DNA from: the human T2T-CHM13v2.0 reference genome, Homo sapiens
NCBI RefSeq assembly: GCF_009914755.1
Contig: NC_060936.1
DNA length: 64,000 nucleotides
Strand: one strand, 5' to 3'
A program made the translations under genes and the position numbers. Below the pieces are notes generated by a model. That model worked only from the letters and a program-made list of their open reading frames with translations. It made no database searches and had not been told where the DNA came from. Below are positions 14,195 to 26,098 of this stretch, in pieces (position 1 is the stretch's first letter; every line of letters starts with the position of its first letter).

Positions 14195-14812
14195 ACCCCT
14201 GACCTCCTCTACAACCATTCGCCTCTGTGCTCACTGAGCTCAGCTGCGTGGACTTCCTGCCACACCTGAAGATACACCCACCCCAGAGCCTCTATCACAC
14301 CTGGCAGCCACTGCTTCACCCCCTTGCTTCCCTCCGGGCTTTTCTCAAATGTCCCGTATGTCCCTGATGACCCCATCATTCTCTTTCCTCCTTTTCTTAC
14401 TTTATTTTTTGTAGCACTTTAACCAGTGGACCTGGAGATATTGACTTATTATTATCTTTGTTCATCATTTGTCTCCTGCCCTGGGAAGTGAGCTGCAGGG
14501 ACATTGCCTCTTTGGTACATTGCTGTCTCCCCAGTGCCGGGAGCAGGGTTTATCAACCTCAACACCATTGGCATTTTGGCCTAGACAATTCTTTCTTGTG
14601 AGGGGCTGTCCTGTGCATGGTAGGATGTTAAGCAGCATCCCTGGCCTCTACCCAGTAGCTGCCAGTAACACCCCCTCTCCTCAAAAAGAATGCCTCCAGA
14701 CATTGCTAAATGTCCCCTGAGGGAGAGGCAAAATCACCTCTGGTTGAGAACTACTGGCCTAGAACAACATTGGCACCTAGCAAACACAAATATGTGTTGG
14801 AAGAATGAATGA
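14195..14812 (+). mobile_element. L2 3' end interrupted by MER20
   Basis: ctgtctccccagtgcc[MER20]tagaacaac...gaatgaatgaa. Confidence 0.7.
14544..14756 (-). mobile_element. MER20 hAT-Charlie MITE
   Basis: ggctgtcctgtgcatggtaggatgttaagcagcatccctggcctctaccca; both TIRs; degenerate 8-bp TSD gccgggag/gcctagaa. Confidence 0.9.
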
Positions 14813-14913
14813 ACTCCGCATTGGCTGGCGGTGCTCCTACTGTGTGCTGAGCACCGGTTTTCTCCCATTTACTGTTGCATCTGTGTGTGTAGATGGAGCA
14901 ATTCCCATCTACA

Positions 14914-15095
14914 CTTCCTCAAAGGCTGTTCCTAAATGTTTCAGCTGGGTGGTGCCTGTAGGAAAATATATGAGAAGATTCAGGGCCCATAAGCAGAGAA
15001 GCCATTAGCTTGAACCCACTTCCTGGGCCTCTGCCTGGGCCCAGAAAGCAAACACTCCCCTGGGGTTCGCTGCATGTATATAAAGCATCACTTTC
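14914..15095 (-). repeat. Inverted duplication arm 1 (copy of 16217-16393), lying inside a MIR
   Basis: Hand alignment to the reverse complement of 16217-16393: 13 substitutions and 2 indels. Confidence 0.97.
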
Positions 15096-15714
15096 CTTTG
15101 AGGAAGTGGGGGTGATTGTGAGGTTTAGAGATGATATCCATAAAGCATCTAAAACAGTTCCAGACACACAGTAGTAGATGCTTAATAAATGGCAGCTGTG
15201 ATATTATGCAGAGGCCTTAACCTGACCCCTGCTTGCCTTTCCAGCATATTCATCCCACATCCCCATCTCCAAGCTCCTCTATCTTATAGATAAAGCAACT
15301 AAAATTGAGTCAGCTGGAGGAATGTGCCCAATGTCACACAGCCAGGAAGTGATGGAGGGGACCCTGGAGCCCAGGTGTCTGGGCTGTGGGACCCGGCACT
15401 TTCTCTTCCCTGGAGAGAGGGATGGCCCCGTAACTCAGCATCCTGCGCTTTCCCTAGCCCGGTGCCTTCCATTCATGCTCAGTAAATACTTGTGGGGGAA
15501 CTGAATGCACAGCCCAGCAAATAAAATCAGACAGGATCAGTGCTGTAGTGGAGTCTGCGCAGACAGCTCGGGACACATTGGAGGCGGAGAGGACTTTCCG
15601 GTGGAACTGTTAGTGTGTGTCCTGGGCAGAGGCCTGGGTGAGCCCTCCCAGAGTGAGCCCACTGAGTCTCCATGGTGGGAGGGTTCTGGAATCATCAGCC
15701 CCGTTACCTGCAGA

Positions 15715-15742
15715 GGGAGTGGGCAGGGAAGGGGGCTGGGGG
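15715..15742 (+). other. G-quadruplex-forming motif
   Basis: gggagtgggcagggaagggggctggggg: five G3+ runs with loops of 2-3 nt. Confidence 0.6.
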
Positions 15743-16216
15743 CAGCCGCAGCCTCCCCTCCGTCTGCCTCGGTGCCCTGTACCCTCCTGCCTGGTCAGAG
15801 CACTTCTTTGTTCTCCCCTCTGCTCCGTTTTCCAAATCGGAGGCTTTGAGGTCTGCTGGGTCCTTTCCTTTTTCTACTTCCTACATCTTACAGCCCCTGC
15901 CTGACTTCGCAACAGACACAGTTCCGGCTTCAGAACTGCCCTAGTTGTCTAACCTACATTTCCCATTTCCTGCTGGGCAGGATCTCTCACCTGCCCTTCG
16001 AGGCTGGGTTTGAGGCCGACTCACTCCTCTCTCCTCATGTCCCCCTCCCAGGCTGGGACCCTCCCACACCAAGTTCAAAGTTGGCTTTTCAAATCTTTGC
16101 ACTTTGGGGCCAGGGGAGGCCCTTTTCCTGAGTGCTTTCATCCTTCCTGGCCTTTTCAAAGTGAGCTCCGTGGCCCCACCCAACCAGCTGGGACCAGGAT
16201 TCTTGGCTGTCCTGCT

Positions 16217-16393
16217 GAAAGTGATGCTTTATATACATAAAGTGAACCCCAGGGGAGCATTTGCTTTCTGGGCCCGAGCAGAGGAAGACGGCTTCAAGCT
16301 AGTGACTTCTCTGTTTATGGGCCCTGAATCTTCTCATATTTTTTCCTACAGGCACCACCCAGCTGAAACATTTAGGAACAGCCTTTGAGGAAG
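16217..16393 (+). repeat. Inverted duplication arm 2 (probable source)
   Basis: Reverse complement of 14914-15095; contains acceptor-like ttttttcctacag|g at 16351. Confidence 0.97.
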
Positions 16394-16745
16394 CCTGTGT
16401 TTGTAGGGACATCTGAGAGTGTTGATGAATGCCAACGGCTCTGATGGAAAAAATAAGCTAATCAAAAAACCATTTAGGAGTAGCTTTCCTCTACAATGAA
16501 TAATTTCATCTTTCCTCATGCTCTGGTACCCACACTCACCTGAGATCTTTGACTGTTTTCTCTCTTGGGCCCTGAATGAATGCTTTGGGATGGAGGCAGT
16601 AGCTGGCTTTGGGGAAAGGTTAAGTCTTTTTGGCTTCCTCTGGTCATGCAACACACAGAGAAAACATTTAGCAAGCAGATTCCTGGACTGAGGAACCTCC
16701 CTGAAATGGAAACACTAAGGTGTTAAGTGTTAGGGGTTCCCTTTA

Positions 16746-17100
<355 letters not shown>

Positions 17101-17399
17101 TAAAATGACAGCAGAAACAGCAGCAACAAAACCAAAGCCCTCTCCTCCCTGTGGGCCAGTGGGGCACCTCCAGGGGAGAAGACCGGGGGCCCGGTGCCGT
17201 TCTACCTCTCACTGGCTGTGGAGCCCTTAGCAGGTAGCGCGAAGTTTCTGGGCTCAGGTTCCTGGTCTGTAGCACAGTGATGTTCGTTACTTACCTGCTG
17301 GAGGCCAGACCTGGGCCAGATGGTCTCTGAGGTTCCTTACTGCTTGGTTTCTGTGATCCCCTCCCTTCCACCTCCACTGCCCTCTTCCCAGCTGGACAA

Positions 17400-18006
17400 T
17401 TGTTCTTTATGGACTTCTCTTCCTGCCCTAGGAATCCTATACCCTTCACCTGTGTCTCCTATTCAAACCTGCAGAGGCTTCCCTCCCATCACCTTGGGAG
17501 TCGAATCCAGGGTTCCTGCCTCGACTGAGGCTGTGTACCATCCTGCCTAGCCTGGGCTGCTTTTCCAGCCCACTTCCCCATGCGCCATCTCTTATTTGTC
17601 ACTCTCCAGGCCCAGGGCCCTTTTTGCTATTCCTTGAATAAGACCAGCAACTCTCAGCTTCAGCTTTTGCCCTTGCGGTTCCTTCTACCAGGATGGTGTC
17701 CCCTAGACAACCCCATGGCCCCCGTCCTCACTTCTGTCTGGTATTTGCTCCCCTCCTCGAAGATGCCCTCCTCTCCCTCCCTCACCACCCTGCGCTCCAG
17801 CCATCCCCTTCTGTCATCTCATCTGGCCATATTTTCCTTCACAGGGTATGTATTACAAACATATTTGGTTCTTTTGTTTCACTCAACTCCAGGAGGGCCA
17901 GGCTTTCTCTGTTTTGTCACCACTGCGTCTCTGGTCCCCAGAACTGTTCCCAGCACATAATTGTAGGCCTTGAGTATATATTTGATGAATGGATGAATGA
18001 ATGAAT
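17400..18006 (+). mobile_element. L2 3' region
   Basis: Ends cccagaactgttcccagcacata...gaatggatgaatgaatgaat. Confidence 0.75.
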
Positions 18007-18023
18007 TTGCATTTATGCTGCAA

Positions 18024-18301
18024 ACTCCTTGCTCCATGTCTCTGGATCAGGTTGATTTATCTGGGCTCAAGTTCCTTAACTGAACAATGGGCTTATATTC
18101 ACCCTAACACCTCACAGTGTTGTGTCTGGCTGCAGTTCAGAAGGAAAGCAGACCTGCAGCCATCTATCCACCTTCCAGCGGAACAGATTCTCAGGCCCCT
18201 TGCAGCCCTGGCATTGCGCGATGCTGTGATTCGTCTGTGACCCTTAAAAGACCTGCCCTTAACTCCCGGGGTGCAATACAGCAGTAGAGGTTCTCAGCAC
18301 C
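18024..18301 (+). repeat. 278-bp direct duplication, copy A
   Basis: 7 mismatches and no indels versus 21469-21746. Confidence 0.98.
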
Positions 18302-18624
18302 GAGAAACAAGTACTACTGCTGTGGCCCAGAGCAAACAGTTTTCTCCTTCATTCTGAGTTATGTAATAATGATCAGAGCTGCCTTTTATTGAGTGATTAC
18401 TATATGCCAGGTACACATGCTGTTTTATTCAACCCTACAACCCTCGCGCTGAATGTGCAAGGTGCTCTCAGCAGCCCTGTTGTTCAGGTGAGGGGCCCAG
18501 AGGTATAAGGGGCAGATTCTCCATTTGAGCCCAGGCCCGTCTGAGTCCAGAGTCCAACATCTCACCACTGCTGTGTGTTTTTCTGCTTTTCAATGAAGAA
18601 AAAGCGTCAGTGGCTACTACCTGG

Positions 18625-19032
18625 ACTGTCTTGGACATGGAGATGCACTGCTCAGATACCCCTTCAGGACTGAAGGGCCTCCCCCACAGCTGAGGGGAGT
18701 GCTGCTGGCGCAGCTCTCAGCTTTCTGTCTGCTTTGGAAGTTGACCTTGTTTGAGAGAGCTTCTGGGCCAAAGTCTCACCCCTCTCCCTAGGCAGCCCAT
18801 GTCCAGGGACTGATTGATGTAGGGGTATAAAAGCCCAGCCCCCATGCACCAATTTAGGACAGCGCTGAAGCATCATCCTAGCTTGCTAACACCCACCAGA
18901 ATGGCCTGAGGCCTCTGTTGAGACTGCATCACAGTCTAACTTCTCCCTCTGTCCGGTTTTGCTTCTCACCCTTCCCTGCCACTGGGGTTGAGCCCAAGAA
19001 CACTTCCTTGAGAGAGAGAGAGAGAGAGAGCA

Positions 19033-19068
<36 letters not shown>

Positions 19069-19133
19069 ATGTATACTCCGTTTATGCTCATCTCCATCTC
19101 CTTATTTGCTTCTTGGGAATCCCAACTTGCCTC
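18625..19133 (+). mobile_element. LTR16-type ERVL solo LTR containing a (GA)n(GT)n microsatellite (19010-19065)
   Basis: gagactgcatcacag...ctccctctgtcc; end atctccatctcc...gggaatcccaac; TATAAAA at 18826-18832. Confidence 0.65.
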
Positions 19134-19959
19134 AGGGACATCTCCCCTGGATCCCTGTGGGTCTTAGAGGGTCCCATGTGCTGGAGGTGACCATGTGCTT
19201 GGAGGTGACTGTCAATCTAGCTCCTCATTGTGGTTCTGAGTTGTGATGTTTTCTGGTTAGACGAATAACTCTTTGCTGAGCTACCGTAAACATACACCAT
19301 GGTCATTTCTGGCAAATGCCTGTTGAAGATGGATGGTTTGGGAATGAGAAAGGCAGAAATGGGATTAACATTGCACACAGCTCACACAGCCAAGAGGAAG
19401 ACCTTGTTTTGGGAAGGCAGTGGGATGTGGCCAAATGTAATAAAGGCAGTAGGATGTGGCCAAATAATGTTTAAGTCTGGTTGCTTCAATGACAGCCCCA
19501 TTCTGGACTTGTTTTAATCCCCTCGTAGTTTCCAGAAGGACCACAACACACACTTGACGCTCAAGAAGGGTGGGAAGAAGATAAGTGAATCATCTGGTAG
19601 GGAAGTAAAAGGGAACCATGCAAAGCGAAAAAGTGGGGAACATAATCTCATTATGGACTTCGGGAGACCAAGCCATGTGTAAATTTCACAAACACCAGTG
19701 GAGTGCTTCCTTTGTGCAAAGCCAATGCCAACGGCTGGAATATTAGATGATTCAGCTGTGGTCCCTGTCCAGAAAACACTTGTGACTCAACCTTGGGCAT
19801 GTCCCTTAACCACTTTCTTTGGCTTGGCTATAGGCAGACATGGTCTCTTAACCTCAAGTCACTTAAATATTGGGGGATGATGGGATTGCTTCCTCCTGGC
19901 ATCTTCCCTGCTCATCCCCTTACTTTGCACATCATTTGGCAATGACTGCACCACTGGCC

Positions 19960-20160
19960 ACCACAAATTGCTATTAATTATTGAGCACTCACCATATGCC
20001 AGGACCTGCGCTTAAAGCAATTTATGTACACTATGGTATTTCATCCTTATAACAACTCTATAAGGCAGATACTGTCCTATTTTATAGATGAGGATCTGAG
20101 GCTCTGGGAGCATAGGTAATTTGTCCAAGGTCTTATAGCAAGTAAGTAGGGGAGCTAGGG
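19960..20160 (-). mobile_element. MIR
   Basis: ttattgagcactcaccatatgccagg...attttatagatgagga. Confidence 0.75.
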
Positions 20161-20604
20161 CTGTCCAACAATGCACCCCATCCTCTTAGTCCCCTCCACC
20201 TGGAGAAGCCCACCAGTTCATGTTTTTGGCTCTCACCTTGTCCCCTTACGGCCCTCATTCCCCTTGAGCTGTCTAGTTCTGCCTCCACACACTGGCTCGC
20301 CTTCCCTGTTTCCCTTGTCACAACGCATCCTGACTGTTCATGCCCAAACCTACAACTGTGCTGGCTCCCTCTGTCTTTGGGACTAAGAATGGATCTTCTG
20401 TCACTCGTGAAAACGTCCCCTGATGGGTCTTTGGCTGCATGCCATGCCCTGTGGACAAGCATTGGGGTTCCCTAAGAGGCTGTAAAATAGGAGTCACTGG
20501 GATTCTGCCTGCATCTGATGTGAGAGCCACCCCTGCTTTTGTAGCACAGAGTAACAGATGGTGCCAGAAGGAATTTAAGAAGCCTGATTTTTGCTCACAG
20601 CAGC

Positions 20605-20850
20605 AGGCAGTGTGGGGTAGTGGTTAAGCACCAGAGCCATCAAAGTTGACATCCTGGACTTACCATGTACCTGCTGAATGACCTTAGGCAATTTACTGAA
20701 CCTCTCTGAGCCTCCCTTTGCCCTTCTATATAATTGGGATAATAGTAAACTCCCATAGGGTTGCTGGAAAAGTAGGTGAGACATTGCATTTAAAGCACAC
20801 ATTGCTCCACCTGGTGCAGAGTAAGGGCTCCATAAATGGTCCTGGTTGTT
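20605..20850 (+). mobile_element. MIR
   Basis: aggcagtgtggggtagtggttaagc...aacctctctgagcctc. Confidence 0.75.
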
Positions 20851-20879
20851 GGCATTGCTCTTGGTGTTAGTAGACCAGT

Positions 20880-21243
20880 TGATAGGGTTTGTCTGTGTCC
20901 CCACCTAAATCTTATCTAGAATTGTAGCTCCCATAATCCCCACGTGTCATGGGAGGGACCTGGTGGGAGGTAATTGAATCATGGGGGTGGGTTTTTCCTG
21001 TGCTGTTCTTGTGATAGAGAAGAAGTCTCACGAGATCTGATGGTTTTATAAAGGGCAGTTTCCCTGCACACACTCTCTTGCCTGCCGCCGTGTAAGACGT
21101 GCCTTTGCTCCTCCTTTACCTTCCACCATGATTGTGAGGCTTCCCTAGCCATGTGGAACTGTGAATCCATTAAACCTCCTTTTCTTTATAAATTACCCAG
21201 TCTCAGGTATTTCTTCATAGCAGTATGAAAATGGACCAATACA
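20880..21243 (+). mobile_element. THE1C-type MaLR solo LTR
   Basis: TG...CA ends; TSD ccagt/ccagc; DUX4-type TAATTGAATCA at 20971-20981. Confidence 0.92.
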
Positions 21244-21468
21244 CCAGCCACAAATTGAGTATCCCCCACATCCCATCCTCTCTCATTCCTTTTCTTCCTT
21301 CCTCAATATTAATCATTACCCACTACCAGCAAAGCCTAGTGCTGGGACAGTTGGAAACAGAGAGATGACAAAGACTGACTCAGCCTTGAGGAGCTTACAG
21401 AGCCCTCTAGAAGAACAAGGGTCAGTTGGACAAGCTGCCAGGAAGCCTTAGCTTTGAATCTCGGCTCC

Positions 21469-21746
21469 ACTCCTTGCTCCATGTCCTTGGATCAGGTTGA
21501 TTTATCTGGGCTCAAGTTCCTTAACTGAACGATGGGCTTATATTCACCCCAACACCTCACAGTGTTGTGTCTGGCTGCAGTTCAGAAGGAAAGCAGACCT
21601 GCAGCCATCTATCCACCTTCCAGCGGAACAGATTCTCAGGCCCCTTGCAGCCCTGGCATTGCGCGATGCTGTGATTCATCTGTGACCCTTAAAAGACCTG
21701 CCCTTAACTCCTGGGGTGCAGTACAGCAGTAGAGGTTCTCAGCACC
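21469..21746 (+). repeat. 278-bp direct duplication, copy B (probable source)
   Basis: MIR homology extends upstream of this copy only (ctttgaatctcggctcc). Confidence 0.98.
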
Positions 21747-22350
21747 AGCAAACGTGTTCTGAACTGAGCGCTGGTAAACAGAACCAGTGTTTACGAATGG
21801 GTGTCACTGGCCTGCTGCTTTGCGTTTTATCACCGAAGATTATGGAAGATTGGGAGCTCTTATTTCAGAGCATGCTTTATGGTTTTCATTACTCTCCTGA
21901 ATCTCTGTATAATTTGCTGGGATTAGGGACGGAGTGCCTTTGTTTCTTTGTTTGCATTCTTTTCCTTCCATGTAAACCAGTAAAAATCAATAAAAAGCCA
22001 GCAGATGAAAGCCCCGCCCACACCAGAACTTGGCTGCGTGTCCCAACATGACTGAGTTGGCCCCTTCTTGGTCAGGGAACAGGCTGAGTGAACCTGAACC
22101 TAGGTTTTTGTTTCTGTGTGGTCTGAAGGAGGACCACGCCCTGTATTTACAGATGGGGAAACTGACACCAAGAATTAGGAAATGACCTGTCTAAGGCTGA
22201 TTTACCTAGCATCTACTGAACCCCATGCCGAGTCATTTGACAAATTATTTTGGGGTGCCTGCTGAGTGTAATTAGCAAGGATCAGGGAGTGGCTTTGTTT
22301 CTTTGTCTGCATTTTTCTTTTTAACCCTGAGCTGAGCTGCCATTCTGTCA

Positions 22351-22657
22351 CAATAGTCTCTAAAACAGGGTACATGCGTGAATGTGCACGAAAGGGCAAG
22401 AGGAATGTTTTAGAACATTTTTCTCATCCTTTTAGTATTTATATACTTTATGTATATTTTATAATGACCTATATTATATGGTAGTACAGCAGTATATTAT
22501 ATACAATGTTATATATGCTATGTATATGTCTCTAATATTATACTATATATTCAGTTATAGGTTTGGTATAATCTATAATTAAATATATAGTCACATATCA
22601 GAGAGGTATATATAAGAATGGTAGGGATGTGTGATCAAAACTGTTTGGAGACCACTG
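22351..22657. mobile_element. hAT-Charlie MITE (MER113-like) with AT-rich core
   Basis: TIR-like ends caatagtctctaaa ... tttggagaccactg. Confidence 0.55.
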
Positions 22658-22679
22658 GTTTAATGAATGCATAGCTGTT

Positions 22680-23830
22680 CCTGACCATTCTGTCTACACT
22701 ACCCACCCCCCATCATTACTCTCTTTTCCTCTATTCTGCCTTTGTCTTCATCATTCTCCCTGATATTATATTGCATTTTTGTTTATGGTCTGTTTCCTCT
22801 ATTAGAAAGATAGGTCTGCATAGGTGGAGACTTGGGTTTGCCCACTACTGTCTCCCCAGCACCTAGAAGTGCAGGCTGGGCACTCAGGGGCATGTGCTAA
22901 ATACTTGCTGAAACAAATGAATGGATGTGGAGCCTCTGCAGACAGGTGAACACACATGCCCCACAAGAGTGTGCTGTGTACAGGGTTAGGGCAAGGGCAG
23001 AGTAATCTGGGGATGCCAAGTGGGCATCTGATCCAGCCTGAGGTATGCAAAGGGGCTTCCTAATGAAGGGCTGCCTACACTGGCACCCAAAGGCTGAGGA
23101 AGGAGTTGGCCAAGAAAGAGGAGAGCTCCGGGTAGGAACAGCAAGGGCAGATACAAGAGACTAGAGAGGGCAGCGTCTTCCTCAGGGCTGGGCAGTGTCA
23201 GGGAATTAATGGCAATGGATGAGGCTGGAAAGGAGATTAGATCTGTTCATCAAACACTTCCACATTGTCTTCAGGAGTTGGGGCTGTATCCTAAGGGCAG
23301 GGGGAACCATTCTGACTGCAGCATGGTGTGGTGTGTGGAGCATGGACTAAGAGGCCAGACCTCTGGATTTGCATCCTGGCTCTGTTATTTGTCAGCTCTG
23401 TGACTTTGCAGTTATTTAACCTCTCCTGCCTCAGCTCCCTCAGCTGTAAAATGGGGATGATAATAGGATCAGCCTCAGCAGGGCATTGGGAGGATTAAAT
23501 GAGCTAATTTATGTAAATCGCAGAGATAGCTCTTGGCATGTAATAACTACTCTATATGTGCAATTTATTATAACTCATTCAACAAATGTTTATTGAGCCC
23601 CCTATGGTCTCCAGGCTGGAGATACAGTCGTGACCAAATCATACCTAAACCATGGAGCTTGCATTCTAATTAGGGCAGAAAAAAACAATAAATGAAGAAA
23701 TAAATTAACAAGAACAAATCGGCCAGCAATAAGACCAAGAAGAGAATTAGAGTGGGGATGTATAAAGGTGATGGGACTCCCTCAGGTTGGGCATTCCATA
23801 AGGGCCCCCTGGAGGAGGTGACTTACTAGG
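22680..23830. mobile_element. Cluster of L2 fragments plus a MIR (about 23315-23570)
   Basis: ccccagcacctagaa; ctgtaaaatggggatgataata; cattcaacaaatgtttattgagc. Confidence 0.7.
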
Positions 23831-24023
23831 AATGAGTTTGGATGCTTTTGAAGGCCTGCAAGGATAAGTGTGTTTGCCATATAGTGGGCCCAGGGGAGGG
23901 AGGCTTTAGGAGAGATGGGCCAGGACCTGGCACACAGGGCTTGTCTGTCAAGGGAAGGGGTTTGGGTGCAAAGCCACTAGATGTTTCTACGTGTGGTGGG
24001 ATTTGGCTCCTTTGTAAAAGATC

Positions 24024-24543
24024 CTCTTTGTAGCAATTGTGAATGGGAGTTTACTCTTGATTTTGCTCTCTGTTTGTCTATTATTGGTGTATAGGAATGC
24101 TTGTGATTTTTGCACATTGATTTTGTATCCTGAGACTTTGCTGAACTTGCTTATCAGCTTAAGGAGATTTTGGGCTGAGACTATAGGGTTCAGCCATAAA
24201 AAAGGATGAGTTCATGTCCTTTGCAGGGACACGGATGAAGCTGGAAACCATCATCCTCAGCAAACTAACAAACGAACAGAAAACCAAACACTGCATGTCC
24301 TCACTCATAAGTGGGAGTTGAACAATGAGAACACATGGACACAGGGAGGGGAACATCACACACTGGGGCCTGTTGTGGGGTGGAGGGCTAGGGGAGGGAT
24401 AGCATTAGGAGAAATACCTAATGTAGGTGATGGGTTGAGGGGTGCAACAAACCACCATGGCATGTGTATACCTATGTAACAAACCTGCATGTTCTGCACG
24501 TGTATCCCAGAACTTAAAGTATAATAATAATCAAAAGAAAAAA
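24024..24543 (+). mobile_element. 5'-inverted (twin-primed) L1PA: antisense ORF2 piece 24024-24190, sense 3' end 24191-24543
   Basis: Antisense RT-region sequence joined to the ORF2 C-terminus, 3'UTR and A tail; TSD aaaa[g/a]atcctc. Confidence 0.9.
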
Positions 24544-24959
24544 TCCTCGTAGCTGCTGCCTGGACTCACTGCAGGGTAGGAGGGTCCTTGACATGAAGAA
24601 GAAAATGGGCTTGTCGGTGCCCCTGCTGTGTCCCCTCACCTCCTCAATGGCACCTTCGCCCTTCATTACTTCTAGTTCCCTTATATTCTCCCTGACCCCA
24701 TGTCAAGGCCCACTCTGAGGATCATTCCAGCTTAAGAGCCAAATGACTGCAGCAGCTTACTTTGCAGCTCTTCGTTTTGGGGCAAGATTGGCCAGCTAGT
24801 GAGTACCAAATTTAGGGTGCAGACCCACTCCAGAAGCCAGGCCTATAGGCCTTACCCATTTGCCCTGCAGGTATGGCTGGCCAGAGACCACTCAGTGCCT
24901 TCCACCCACAGCCCTGAGTTTAGCATTTGCCTCTGTTGTCTGTGTGTGTGCCGCATTTT

Positions 24960-25220
24960 GAGAGGCAGCCTGGTGTAGAGGTGAAGCCAGAAGGTCCCAG
25001 AGACAGGCTGCCTGGGGTGGAATCCTGCTTCCACTCCTTGCCAGCCAGGTGACCCTGGGTAGATTCCTTAACCTCTCTAGATTCCGGTTTTCTCTTCTGT
25101 AAAATGAGGATAACCATAGCAACTACCTTACAGAGTTCTAAGTGAGTTAACATTTATAAAGCCCTTAAATAGAGTCCAGCACATAGTAAGTGGTCAATAA
25201 GTGTTCACAGTTATTATCAG
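24960..25220 (+). mobile_element. Near full-length MIR
   Basis: agaggcagcctggtgtagag...ctgtaaaatgaggataa...catagtaagtggtcaataa. Confidence 0.8.
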
Positions 25221-26098
25221 TGTTGCTTTCCTGCCTATTCAAGGGGACAGGCGCCTGTTCTCTGCCTACCTTTCAGAGATGGCTGCAGGATTAATGAGAT
25301 AATGATTGTCGACTGTTTGGAGCTTTGCAGAACAAAGGCACTGCATAAATACACATGATTATTATTGTCATCTTTATGCTTTGCTTGGGTGGGCCTATTG
25401 TGGTTGGCTGATTTATGGAAATGGTGTGTGTCCCCAGGTGAACTGAATTAGTGATAAGCAAATTGCAGACAGTTCAGATAATCACAGGGTCTTCCATCTG
25501 CTCAGGGCCTTTCATTGTGAAAGCTTCCAGGGAGCTGTGTAAGATAGAACAGCAAGACAGCACCCATCCAAGCATGGCTCCAAGCGCCCAGGTGTGCAGG
25601 CATCCACCTATCCATCCACCCAGTAATGAGCATCCGGCCCAGGTGTGCTGAGCATGCTGGGCTCCAGACCCACACACCTGCAGTCTCTATGGGAGTGAGG
25701 AAACAAGCGTGCTCCTTGCAAAAATGGCAGTAACTGAGAACTCACATGTCTGGGACATTTGCTGAGCACCAAGTCATGTTCCAAAGATTTCCTATGTATT
25801 GATGTGTGTGATTCTCAACATCCAGGGAGGTAGAAACCAATTTTACAAATAAGGAAGCAGAAAAGACCTGCTTAGGGCCATGTAGCTAGGAGGGGTGTGG
25901 TTGGGGTTCCAACTCAAGCAGCCTGGCTCCACAGCCAACAATGTCGTTAACCAGTATGTGACCATTTCTAACGAGGAGCAAGAAGCCTCCTCAAATATCA
26001 GCAGAAGGAAAAATAGGTTAGCTGAGAGAGCCAGTGGCATTGGCCCAGAATGGAGACCCTGGTTGGGTTTCTTTGTTCCCTAAGTGCATCTTGGCAGG

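Noticed and set aside
14919-16388. Shared peptide MGPESSHIFSYRHHPAETFRNSL in two ORFs
   Set aside because: A by-product of the DNA inverted duplication, not evidence of paralogous genes. The same holds for the ORFs at 18001 and 21497.
19176-19465. Short tandem duplications (17-18 bp at 19176-19210; 23 bp at 19414/19443; also 31034-31063, 56861-56890, 63902-63947)
   Set aside because: Two-copy slippage-type duplications are common; there is no repeat-spacer array.
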